A stretch of DNA of 58,559 nucleotides, from positions 1-58,559 of the IMG/VR virus record IMGVR_UViG_3300030095_002502; one strand, given 5' to 3'. Source of the DNA: a virus. Its lineage: Duplodnaviria; Caudoviricetes. Positions 10,424-19,454 of this stretch are shown here, one piece after another. Both the position numbers and the translations under genes were made by a program. The notes below the pieces were generated by a model, which was not told the origin of the DNA, searched no databases, and saw only the letters and a program-made list of their open reading frames with translations. The first letter of the stretch is position 1; every line of letters starts with the position of its first letter.

Positions 10424-13400
10424 GCTTACGATGGAATGGTGCAAGCGCTAGTAATGTAACAGGCGCTGTTTATACTACATGTACGGGTAACTTTGTTTTT
10501 ACTGATGATAATGTAAGAGCTGTTTATATAGATTGGGATGATGGAACTGACCCTCAAGGTAATAGGTCTAATAAAAAAGAGTATGCTAACTACCAATGGC
10601 AGCAAATAACCAAACCTACCGGAACTCTTAACGTAGAACATACCTATACTGCAACTGGTGTATATGCTCCAGTTATACAAGTACTAAACTCAGACGGTAT
10701 AGTATCTTCTTATTACGGTTCTGATACAACTAACACAGATGTTTCACCTTATTACGACAACTCTACTCACCAAACCTTTGAAGCTATAGATGGTCAAGCT
10801 ACAGGTATTATGAATGTAGAAAACAAATCTGTACTTAGTGGTATAGATAATTCAATTTTTTATAAGGAAGGTCCTAAAGATTTAACTTTTTGTGTTCCTC
10901 CATTACTTACTTCTGCCCAATTAACTGGTACTGTGGGTACTATAATATTAGAAATAGAGGCTGTAGTAGCAGAAAGTGTGAAATCTGATGTGGATTTAAC
11001 TGTACAGGTAGGGGCTACTCGTAGTATAAGAACGCTAAGAGTAGAACATACCATCAATGTAGCAACTGACCAACAAGTGGCTATACCTATAACTGGTGGT
11101 CGCGTTTTAGAAGTTAAGAAAGTTACATACATGAACCCTAAATACACAGGTTCAGCTAGTACAAGACCAGACAACTTTAAAGCAAACAATGTTTTTAATT
11201 ATTTAAAGATTTTTATCACTACTAAAGGTAATGATGGGCTCTATTACCCAGTGACATATGTATCAGCTGGTAGCCCAATAAAGAAGGCCGATGACGCTAG
11301 GCGTTATATAACTATGGACTTCTCGCAAAGTAGAGCTAAGGCTTCCAATGTGCTTAATAGCGCTTATAGATACGATGTCGGAAAGATGTGGTTAAACCCC
11401 GCATACCAATGGAATGCTATTACAGGTTCAACTGCTGGAGATTATGAATTCTTTGGAGATAATACTAGTGGGTCTAATTCTAATAAAATAGTAGCATATA
11501 CTTATGGAAGTACACGACCTGATGGTTTAGGTGGACAGACCTTTATAGGTAGTGCTGCCACTGGAACGAGTATACTTTTTTGTGACACTTCTCAGACAAG
11601 TAGTCCTCGTGGCTACTGGGATATACAGGCGTCAATCTCTGATAGAAAGTTCAGAACTAATCAGGTTTTGATAGATGAGTTTGGTGCATTTCAAGACCAA
11701 TATCACTTGGTAAGAAATTCTATGGCACCTACTAGCGCTACTACAAATACTGGTTCTGAAATAAGTTCATTGGTCGATAATAAACCTTTTGTATATAGGA
11801 TAACACCTCCTAGTGATGCTGATTGGACAAAGGTAGATAAAGACCCTGATAGTGCAACAGCAAGTTATACTCAAGAAGTATTTCAAAATACCTCAGGTAC
11901 TAGGTTATTACTTAGTGGTATGAATGACCAAGATTTTGAATATTTCAATGGTGATAATAGGTGGGAAAGTGGTGTAGCAGACCAGAACCGTAATTTTGAA
12001 TACTTATTAATGCTATGGCCTAAGAAAACTAATAAGGTATTTTTTAACATATCTAGTTATGCTTCTGAATTGATACAAGATTATATGTATCTTAATAACT
12101 CCCAAGACGACAGTGTGTGGTCTATAGCAGGGGTAGATTATCTTGTGATGGAAGAAACAGGGACAAAACTACAAAACGCCTATTGGCAATCAGTACCCTT
12201 TAATGATACTACTGCCGTTACTATGAACACGCGGTATACCTCGGGTTCTAATGAAACTTATAAGGATACAACTGTAGGTTTAGCTAAATCAGGTTATGTT
12301 GATTATGATATGCCTTTAGATTGGGCTAAAACTAACTTCACTAATTTGTGTGGAGGTATATTTAATCCTACAGTAGTTCCTACTGCTCCTGTAGCTGGTG
12401 ACTTTGATATAACTATTACAGGTACTGTAGCCACTGGTAGTGCAGATTCTACTTACGGTAAGAGTATTACCCTCAGTTCTATTACTGCTGCGGCTGGTAA
12501 CGCGCTCAGTACTTTAGGAACAGCAGATGACATAGGAGCTTTTAAATATATAGCTTTCGTTAAAACTGCTGCTGGTGCTGCTGATACTATAAACAGACCT
12601 ATATGGGTTGCAGGTGCTAATGGTACTAATGCAGCTAACGCTGGCCTTACAACTCTCACTATGATTTATGGAGAGAATGATGCAAGTGATTATAATATAG
12701 AAAATTTACATGGAGATAGTGGAGTGGTATTCGTTATACGTAGAATAAATGCTTATGATGTTTTAAATGGTGCTTCTATGGTAGACAAAGGTTCTAGTGC
12801 TATACTAACTCCTCCTGTCGATTATCTATCTGGTTCTAGCTTTCCTCATACTTATATGTTATCTGGTAACTCTACCACATTAACTTCGTTTGGTACAGCT
12901 TTCTCTGCTGCTTGGAAGACTGGCGAATATTATCCTCTACGAATAGCATTGAGTGGAGCTTCGAGAAACAGCAACGGAAACACATATCCAGAGATATTTA
13001 ATGTATTTGACGCTACTGAATCTCATGTAGAGATAGTTAAAGAAGTAGATGATAGTGCATATAATTTAAACGGAACTCCTATAACAAGTGATATATCTAT
13101 ATCCCGAACTGGAACTTTCTATCAAGCTATAACAAGAGGTGGTAAGGTATATATATCCAGAACTGGAGACTCTATTCAAAATATTAGTTTTACAAGTGCA
13201 GCTCTTGGAACTACTAATGGTAACTTTAATGATGTGTTTAGTAGAGACCCTGCGGCTGGAACAGTAGCCGATAACAAAGGAAGTATGTATTGGAACTTAC
13301 ACAATATAAGAATGTTACAGTCAAGAGCTAAAAGAGTTTATTGGGATAACCAACAAAAAGATGGTACATGGGTAAGATACTTTGGAGTTGTAACTTCATT

Positions 13401-13572
13401 ACAAGAAACCACACCACGGGGTGGACCAAATGTTCCTATAACATATACTTTCCAAATGACAGTAACGGAGATATGTCTGATTGATAGGAACAACGAACTT
13501 ATGACAGACTTATTCCCTCTTGGTGGTGTATCCACAGAAAAAGGATATACCAGTGGAGGAAGGCTTGATTAG
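10420..13572 (+). CDS. large virion tail protein with N-terminal PKD-like domain
   Basis: YIDWDDGT...VEHTYTATGVY is PKD-like; ATG 10420 overlaps the previous stop (ATGA); C-terminus may be distal-tail-like. Confidence 0.65.
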   Translation: MSLRWNGASASNVTGAVYTTCTGNFVFTDDNVRAVYIDWDDGTDPQGNRSNKKEYANYQWQQITKPTGTLNVEHTYTATGVYAPVIQVLNSDGIVSSYYGSDTTNTDVSPYYDNSTHQTFEAIDGQATGIMNVENKSVLSGIDNSIFYKEGPKDLTFCVPPLLTSAQLTGTVGTIILEIEAVVAESVKSDVDLTVQVGATRSIRTLRVEHTINVATDQQVAIPITGGRVLEVKKVTYMNPKYTGSASTRPDNFKANNVFNYLKIFITTKGNDGLYYPVTYVSAGSPIKKADDARRYITMDFSQSRAKASNVLNSAYRYDVGKMWLNPAYQWNAITGSTAGDYEFFGDNTSGSNSNKIVAYTYGSTRPDGLGGQTFIGSAATGTSILFCDTSQTSSPRGYWDIQASISDRKFRTNQVLIDEFGAFQDQYHLVRNSMAPTSATTNTGSEISSLVDNKPFVYRITPPSDADWTKVDKDPDSATASYTQEVFQNTSGTRLLLSGMNDQDFEYFNGDNRWESGVADQNRNFEYLLMLWPKKTNKVFFNISSYASELIQDYMYLNNSQDDSVWSIAGVDYLVMEETGTKLQNAYWQSVPFNDTTAVTMNTRYTSGSNETYKDTTVGLAKSGYVDYDMPLDWAKTNFTNLCGGIFNPTVVPTAPVAGDFDITITGTVATGSADSTYGKSITLSSITAAAGNALSTLGTADDIGAFKYIAFVKTAAGAADTINRPIWVAGANGTNAANAGLTTLTMIYGENDASDYNIENLHGDSGVVFVIRRINAYDVLNGASMVDKGSSAILTPPVDYLSGSSFPHTYMLSGNSTTLTSFGTAFSAAWKTGEYYPLRIALSGASRNSNGNTYPEIFNVFDATESHVEIVKEVDDSAYNLNGTPITSDISISRTGTFYQAITRGGKVYISRTGDSIQNISFTSAALGTTNGNFNDVFSRDPAAGTVADNKGSMYWNLHNIRMLQSRAKRVYWDNQQKDGTWVRYFGVVTSLQETTPRGGPNVPITYTFQMTVTEICLIDRNNELMTDLFPLGGVSTEKGYTSGGRLD

Positions 13573-13574
13573 TT

Positions 13575-14630
13575 ATGTTGACTAAGAATCCTCGTATATT
13601 CATAGATGGTAGGCAAGTTGATTTTATTAAAGCTTCTTACTCTCTACCGGGTGTACTTTCTGCTGCATCATTGTCCTTTGATGTTCCTTTAGCAATTGCA
13701 GGAAACGAAAACTTATGGGATAAAGAAGTAACTCTTTATGTTGACAAGAGTGATAGTAAACCTATCTTTAGAGGATGGGTCAATAGAACTAAGAAAAATT
13801 TTAATGAAGTAGAGATATATGCTGAAGATGGATTTGGATATATGGTGAAGGGTGGTGATACTACTGTATCAAAGGTACAACTAGACGAACGGCAGAATCT
13901 AGATGGTTTGACGGTTGGTGCAGCTATTATAAAGTTATTAGAATTAACTAAGTTAGATACAAAAATTAAAACTGATTATATAGGTGATACTTCTCCTCGC
14001 ATTGGTTCTGTTCAAAAAAGGCCTATCAGAGGAACTCTATTAGTGTTAGATGTTATAAAACAGTTATTATCTAAACCCATCAATTTGTCTGACCAAGATT
14101 TACCTAGACCTAATATAGCTAAATTAATAGATGATGGTACATACTCTCAGTTAGTTATAGAGGTAGAGTCTGCGTTAGATTCATCAAACATATCTTATAC
14201 GTTTAACGAAAATAAAAACATAACTACTCTTAATGTTATAAATAGAAAGGTTCCTACTATTGTAGTAGTAACTGGTAAAAATGGTGTAAAGGGTACCTTC
14301 TCTCACGATGGAGCTATCAAAGCACTAGACCGTACATATTTAGAAGTTAGCAATAACAATTTAGAATCCCCAGCTGCATGTAAAGAATTTGGTGCACGAT
14401 TATTCCAAGCTAATCTAGAAAATAAATTTGAATATCAGATAGGTGTTACAGAAGGTTTCTATTTAGCCGAAAATCAAGTTGTTAGAATACAAACAGATGA
14501 TAAAGATTTTTCAGGTAATTATAGAATAGTAGGTAAAAATATAAGTTTCGGAGATACCACGACTATAGGTATAACTATTAATAGAAAGCCTCCTACTCTA
14601 GCTGAGTACATTAGTAGTAGAGATAATTAA
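13575..14630 (+). CDS. baseplate hub / tail tip protein
   Basis: 351 aa; IFRGWV...VEIYAEDG and GNYRIVGKNISF patterns typical of hub proteins; last gene of the tail module. Confidence 0.6.
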   Translation: MLTKNPRIFIDGRQVDFIKASYSLPGVLSAASLSFDVPLAIAGNENLWDKEVTLYVDKSDSKPIFRGWVNRTKKNFNEVEIYAEDGFGYMVKGGDTTVSKVQLDERQNLDGLTVGAAIIKLLELTKLDTKIKTDYIGDTSPRIGSVQKRPIRGTLLVLDVIKQLLSKPINLSDQDLPRPNIAKLIDDGTYSQLVIEVESALDSSNISYTFNENKNITTLNVINRKVPTIVVVTGKNGVKGTFSHDGAIKALDRTYLEVSNNNLESPAACKEFGARLFQANLENKFEYQIGVTEGFYLAENQVVRIQTDDKDFSGNYRIVGKNISFGDTTTIGITINRKPPTLAEYISSRDN

Positions 14631-14920
14631 GACTTAGGATATGCTGCGTCGTTTATTTGTGGTTGGTTAGAACCAGATACATTATTTAATCTGTTAGTTC
14701 CCCATGCGTTACCTGCTTGACCATTACCACCATTGGATTCACCATTGGCTGGGTACATGGTTCGATAACTTACTGTTCCTGCTGGCATCCATTCTCCATC
14801 ACCAGTTGGTCCATCATTAGGTCCTAGATATACAGGACGGTCTATCTTACCGTTACCATTACCTCCAGCATTGAGGCCCATCTTGCGTCCGTATCCAGTT
14901 ATATCAGTTTGGTATTCCAT
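14627..14920 (-). CDS. hypothetical Gly/Asn-rich protein
   Basis: 97 aa ORF starting 2 bp after the RNR stop. Confidence 0.6.
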   Translation of the reverse strand: MEYQTDITGYGRKMGLNAGGNGNGKIDRPVYLGPNDGPTGDGEWMPAGTVSYRTMYPANGESNGGNGQAGNAWGTNRLNNVSGSNQPQINDAAYPKS

Positions 14921-14922
14921 GT

Positions 14923-16788
14923 TTAAATTTCACATTTATCGCCAACACAAGCATACTCAGCCTTACCTTGGGTATTGTCTGAATTCTCATATTGAGACAA
15001 ATCTGTATAATTAATTACGGGAAGCTTCTTTATAAGCCTTTCGTAGGTTCTAGCGTCAATCTCTTCATATGGAGCCAACTTATAATGACCACCATCATAC
15101 GGTAAGAATGATACACCATTAATAATATCCCAGTTCTGATATACCCAGTTTCCAACTTCAAACCATTCGTCATCTCTCACATACACAGTCATGCTAGCAT
15201 TGTGTTCACACCAATTATGTTGTAAATTTTTATAATGTTTCAACTGGTCTAGTGCTGTTACATCTTTGCGAGTTATACAATTCTCAGGAGATTTGACAGG
15301 GAACTCTAATACCCACGTAGAAGCAGTATCTTTATCTTGTCCTACTTCTGGAGTTGCCTTTATACCACTGTCTTTCATCAATCTAAACAGAGGGTCGTTG
15401 GCAGATATCCTATATCTACGTATGTAGTGTTGTGAATAACGTGGGTGGACACCTGATGCAGAATCCACTAACTGTGAAACTGTACCAGATGGCTTGACAC
15501 AAGTGGTAGCCGCTGGCATTTTTGTACCAAGTATGGTAGATGCTTTGCGAGATATGCGCAAAACACGGCTTTTAAGGGCCTTTAAGGCGTCCGAGGTCAA
15601 TACCGAGGGGTTATCCATCTGACCAGTCAAACTAACTCCTAGAAGCGCTTCTACGTCACAGTTCTTTTTCCACGAATCTCTGAGATATGGGAAGTATGTG
15701 AACGAGCTCTGTATAACACCGAGCCATGTAGCAGTCTCAACCTTATCTAAAAGGGTGTCTAAATCGTCCTCAGCTCTAACAACCACTTCACTTAAGTTGC
15801 AGAACTCCATATCCCTAAGCATTATTTCGCCACAAGGGTTAGTGCCTTGGATTAATGGAGCATATCTGCGAGATGGAGCTTTCTTCTGTGCAGCATCAAG
15901 ATTAAAGATGCCTCTTTCCCCTGTGCCTGATAGAGCTAGTGCTGCCCATTCTTTTAGAAATTCAGCAGCGGTTGGCTTTTCTCTGAATATAGCACTGTTG
16001 TTTGCCATAGCTCGCTTGATAGGGAATGGCCATTCTTTTGCATGACGCATATCTTTATCATTAATATCACTGAGAGATATTTGAGAACTACGTCTTACCC
16101 CACCTACTACCACTATCTCTGCTATCTGATTACATATATCGTGAGCTTCTAACGTAGTAAGTTTACGTCCTTGTGCGTTGTGCATTGTTTCACGAATGAA
16201 ATCGTGTAACTTAATTAGTGGAGCTGGTCCAGATGCGCGACCTCCCATAGTGTTTAGACGTGCGCCTTCTAATCGTATTAGTGAATAATCAAAGTAAATG
16301 TTTTGACCATCGTATAGATTATTCATTAACATCTTTACTGAGTCAGCCCATCCTGCTTTAGAATCAAAGATAGGTATAGTATCTAAACCCCTACCTGATT
16401 TGATAACAGGTATTACTGGAAGTTTATCTACCTCTTCTTTTTCTACTGAGAAACCAAATCCAGTTCCACACATTAAAATATATAAACATTCAGCGAATGC
16501 TTCTACTGTATTAATTTTAGCAAAGGAGCAATTATATATACAGGTATTATCAAACTTAGCAGCAGGCCCAGCTGCCCATAAGAAACGCATAGAGGGCATT
16601 ACTGCAAACTCAGACATATACTTCCTTATCTTGTTAACAGTTTTCTCTGGTATATCTGGTCTTTCTGAAATTATAAAACTAATAAATCTCTCTATTGTTT
16701 CTGGCCAATCTTCTCTACGATTCTCTTCTTCTATCCAACGTGAATACGTTCTCTTATAAATAAATTCTGATACTTGATTTTTAAACAT
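14923..16788 (-). CDS. nrdJ: class II (adenosylcobalamin-dependent) ribonucleotide reductase
   Basis: TNPCGEI, FCNLSEV, TTCVKPSGTVS, VVGGVRRS motifs and a C-terminal Cys pair (CVGDKC). Confidence 0.93.
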   Translation of the reverse strand: MFKNQVSEFIYKRTYSRWIEEENRREDWPETIERFISFIISERPDIPEKTVNKIRKYMSEFAVMPSMRFLWAAGPAAKFDNTCIYNCSFAKINTVEAFAECLYILMCGTGFGFSVEKEEVDKLPVIPVIKSGRGLDTIPIFDSKAGWADSVKMLMNNLYDGQNIYFDYSLIRLEGARLNTMGGRASGPAPLIKLHDFIRETMHNAQGRKLTTLEAHDICNQIAEIVVVGGVRRSSQISLSDINDKDMRHAKEWPFPIKRAMANNSAIFREKPTAAEFLKEWAALALSGTGERGIFNLDAAQKKAPSRRYAPLIQGTNPCGEIMLRDMEFCNLSEVVVRAEDDLDTLLDKVETATWLGVIQSSFTYFPYLRDSWKKNCDVEALLGVSLTGQMDNPSVLTSDALKALKSRVLRISRKASTILGTKMPAATTCVKPSGTVSQLVDSASGVHPRYSQHYIRRYRISANDPLFRLMKDSGIKATPEVGQDKDTASTWVLEFPVKSPENCITRKDVTALDQLKHYKNLQHNWCEHNASMTVYVRDDEWFEVGNWVYQNWDIINGVSFLPYDGGHYKLAPYEEIDARTYERLIKKLPVINYTDLSQYENSDNTQGKAEYACVGDKCEI

Positions 16789-16860
16789 TTATTACCACTC
16801 CTTTGCGGTTCATTACTATAGTATAGGGCTACTATAAAAGCCTTTTCTCAAATTAAAAAA

Positions 16861-16977
16861 TTACTGATAACTTGTTAAAATTCGGCGTGCGCAAGTGCAA
16901 TCCTCATCGGGTTCACACTTACACACTTGATTTGAGGTTTCGCAACCTGATGCTAAGTTATAATCTAACTCAGGCAT
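16861..16977 (-). CDS. Cys-rich micro-protein (38 aa, not in ORF track)
   Basis: MPELDYNLASGCETSNQVCKCEPDEDCTCARRILTSYQ*; TAATG-coupled to the upstream gene. Confidence 0.55.
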   Translation of the reverse strand: MPELDYNLASGCETSNQVCKCEPDEDCTCARRILTSYQ

Positions 16978-17168
16978 TACCCTTCAACTACGATATCGCC
17001 GTAGTATCCGTGTAACATTTCGCTACGAGGTACTTCCATCTTCTCTCTTTTATTGAAGACTTTATTGAATCTCATAACTGTAACCATTTCTACTTCTGGT
17101 TCTTTTACTTCTTCTTTAACAGCTTCCTTCTTTGCTGCTTCTTTCTTGGTTGTTTTCTTAGCTGCCAT
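16977..17168 (-). CDS. hypothetical Lys/Glu-rich protein
   Basis: MAAKKTTKKEAAKK...; ATG at 17168 follows the upstream stop. Confidence 0.65.
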   Translation of the reverse strand: MAAKKTTKKEAAKKEAVKEEVKEPEVEMVTVMRFNKVFNKREKMEVPRSEMLHGYYGDIVVEG

Positions 17169-17169
17169 A

Positions 17170-17310
17170 TTATGCACCCATGTTCATTAAACGACCATCT
17201 TCATATTTTCTATATGTTTCTCCACTGATTGTAACAATCGTGAATTGTTCTTCTGCTTTTGCAGCTGGTTTGACGTCAACGTCTTTTTTACTTGCTTTTT
17301 TATCTGCCAT
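17170..17310 (-). CDS. hypothetical protein (46 aa, not in ORF track)
   Basis: MADKKASKKDVDVKPAAKAEEQFTIVTISGETYRKYEDGRLMNMGA*; fills the operon gap. Confidence 0.6.
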   Translation of the reverse strand: MADKKASKKDVDVKPAAKAEEQFTIVTISGETYRKYEDGRLMNMGA

Positions 17311-17314
17311 GATA

Positions 17315-17467
17315 TCACTTTTTCTTTTTGCGGCGTCCCGCTTTCTTCTTTGGCTTTACTTTGCGGGGGAGTTTGGCGCCCTTAGGCGTCTCCTTCTCCC
17401 ACTTCTTCGCCATCTTCGGCTTGTTCTTGTACATCCAAGCTCTCTGTCTCTGACTTTTGAAGGGCAT
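17315..17467 (-). CDS. small basic protein (50 aa, not in ORF track)
   Basis: MPFKSQRQRAWMYKNKPKMAKKWEKETPKGAKLPRKVKPKKKAGRRKKKK*; resembles MPFKS-type basic phage proteins; overlaps the 3' end of 17382..17750. Confidence 0.65.
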   Translation of the reverse strand: MPFKSQRQRAWMYKNKPKMAKKWEKETPKGAKLPRKVKPKKKAGRRKKKK

Positions 17468-17750
17468 CTTGTTGTTCCTTATTTTTATTTTCTAGGAAAG
17501 CTTGCCATGGTATGACCAAGTCTTCTTTCTCTAGATATTCTTCTAAGTAAGCGTGGTTTGTTTGTAGAATATTATTCAGTTCTTGGTTTTGATTACTCAA
17601 GTTCTGCATCTGTTCTGCTAACATCCTTGTCTGCCCAACTAAGAAGTTGAGATTATCCATTGTCTGGGAGGGACCTGTTCCTTTCTCGTAGTCCTTTACC
17701 CAGTCTTCTATTTCGTTCACACGTTTCTCTAGTCTTTTCAATGTTGCCAT
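17382..17750 (-). CDS. hypothetical coiled-coil protein
   Basis: ORF track; likely start MATLKRLEK at 17750. Confidence 0.65.
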   Translation of the reverse strand: MATLKRLEKRVNEIEDWVKDYEKGTGPSQTMDNLNFLVGQTRMLAEQMQNLSNQNQELNNILQTNHAYLEEYLEKEDLVIPWQAFLENKNKEQQDALQKSETESLDVQEQAEDGEEVGEGDA

Positions 17751-17761
17751 TTCTCTTTCTC

Positions 17762-18835
17762 CTAAACACATCCACATTTATCTGTGCATATGTTCAATTG
17801 TATTAACTTATCCTTTGAATACCTATTTAAAGCTTTCGACCTAATGAGGTCTATTTGGCGACCTGCTTTATTAGGATTGTCAGTATACCAACCCCAGTCA
17901 CCACCGGGTTCATCATATATACTGCTAAAGATAAAGTAAATGTCTCTATTCTTATAACCTGCTGCTACTAATTCAGTAGCTATTATATTATTATTCTCGT
18001 GACTGCTATGTCCACGCTCTATATTATGCTCTATTAGCTTTATTATACACTCTCTAGGGGGCTTAATATATTCATTGCTTATACTATAGCTATGACTAAT
18101 AGAGCTTGTTGCTTCATCTATCTTGTTTAATAGATACTCTATGCTATATGATACTGTATGTTCTATCTTATAGTAATCACAAACAAATTCAACAAAGTTT
18201 CTCAAAGCTTTTTTACTTGGCTCTGATGATATAACTCTAGTGCTTTTTTCCATAGCCATTGCATATAGTTCTTCAACACCAGTCTTCATTACTTCATCGA
18301 CTGTAAACTGTGTACACCATACTCCAGTTGGTTCATTAGTTAACTTAGACATATAAGCAGTATTAACTATACGTCTCATACACGACACACTATTATTTAT
18401 ACATATGTCATCTAAAGTTTTTAAACTATACTTTTGTTTTAAGTGTTTTAAATATTCTTTGATTGCTGTTCTCTTTATATGCTGGGGCAAGTCCACAGGG
18501 CAATAGAAGTCTATATTCATTTGAAAGCCCTTTCCCCCTGTAAGATATATCCTTGGGGTAATTCCTAGTGGTTTGCAGAACCGGCGTATAAATCTCCTCA
18601 CATCCATCAAACATTTCTTTACATCCTTATTATCGTCAAAGTCAAACCACACTGTATTAAGAACGGCAGTCTCGTAATTAGTTTTGCCATCAGGTTTGTC
18701 CTGAGAACTGTCAAATACATATACACTTGCATAACAATTCTTTTTACCGTTGTACTTTTCTATTTGTTCTTCGAGCCCTTCGACTGAATCGCACTTGGCA
18801 ATTCTTGCTGGGATTCCAAATTCTCTATAATACAT
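17762..18835 (-). CDS. archaeo-eukaryotic primase, PriS catalytic domain fused to a PriL-like C-terminal domain
   Basis: REFG, WFDFDD, TGGKGFQ and MRRIVNT AEP motifs; C-terminal PPREC...H...NICTDKC resembles PriL-CTD. Confidence 0.85.
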   Translation of the reverse strand: MYYREFGIPARIAKCDSVEGLEEQIEKYNGKKNCYASVYVFDSSQDKPDGKTNYETAVLNTVWFDFDDNKDVKKCLMDVRRFIRRFCKPLGITPRIYLTGGKGFQMNIDFYCPVDLPQHIKRTAIKEYLKHLKQKYSLKTLDDICINNSVSCMRRIVNTAYMSKLTNEPTGVWCTQFTVDEVMKTGVEELYAMAMEKSTRVISSEPSKKALRNFVEFVCDYYKIEHTVSYSIEYLLNKIDEATSSISHSYSISNEYIKPPRECIIKLIEHNIERGHSSHENNNIIATELVAAGYKNRDIYFIFSSIYDEPGGDWGWYTDNPNKAGRQIDLIRSKALNRYSKDKLIQLNICTDKCGCV

Positions 18836-19128
18836 GGGTCTGTTATTTCTTCTCCTACTTTTTCTAATATCTCTATCTTCTGACACCAATCTCTAGGTAT
18901 CGCTAAGATATCCACACCATCTGTATCTGACCAATGCTGGACCAGTATTAAAGCTTTACTGTCCCTAAACACTAGTTCACCTATAGTCTCACATACTGCC
19001 ATGTGATTCATAGGATTATTAAAATCCAGTGTGTGTATTTTTATCTGCTGGGCTGCGTCATTCCATGTGACTTTTACTAAAGGGCCTTGGCCCCCTATTC
19101 CTCTTGCGTATTCTTCCATTCTTTCCAT
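18760..19128 (-). CDS. hypothetical phage protein
   Basis: LVKVTWNDA...ETIGEL...AIPRDWCQKIEIL pattern common in phage ORFs. Confidence 0.65.
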   Translation of the reverse strand: MERMEEYARGIGGQGPLVKVTWNDAAQQIKIHTLDFNNPMNHMAVCETIGELVFRDSKALILVQHWSDTDGVDILAIPRDWCQKIEILEKVGEEITDPCIIENLESQQELPSAIQSKGSKNK

Positions 19129-19454
19129 TCCTCAAATAGCATAGCTATTAGATTATTGTCCCCTACATTTCTATGATATTTAGCATTAGGGGGTGCTTCG
19201 TCTACAAAGTAGGCGTCTATCGGTCTATCAAACAAGAGCCTATCATATGGCACTTGCTGTAATTCTAACCATTGTTCTGTAACATACTTAGAATCTAAGG
19301 TATTAGGACGGGTTGTCCATATCGTTATGTGATGTTCATCATTCTTTAACCACTGCATAAATTCTATAACATTAGCAATTGGATGACAGAATTTCCATAA
19401 CACTTCATCCTCAGGCTTAAGTATAACGTTTTCTAAAGAGAACACTAAGCGCAT
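19095..19454 (-). CDS. HAD-fold protein with a degenerate catalytic motif
   Basis: HHITIWTTR, TEQWL, VPYDRLLFDRP, YFVDE match capless HAD phosphatases; motif I reads FSLENVI. Confidence 0.65.
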   Translation of the reverse strand: MRLVFSLENVILKPEDEVLWKFCHPIANVIEFMQWLKNDEHHITIWTTRPNTLDSKYVTEQWLELQQVPYDRLLFDRPIDAYFVDEAPPNAKYHRNVGDNNLIAMLFEEWKEWKNTQEE

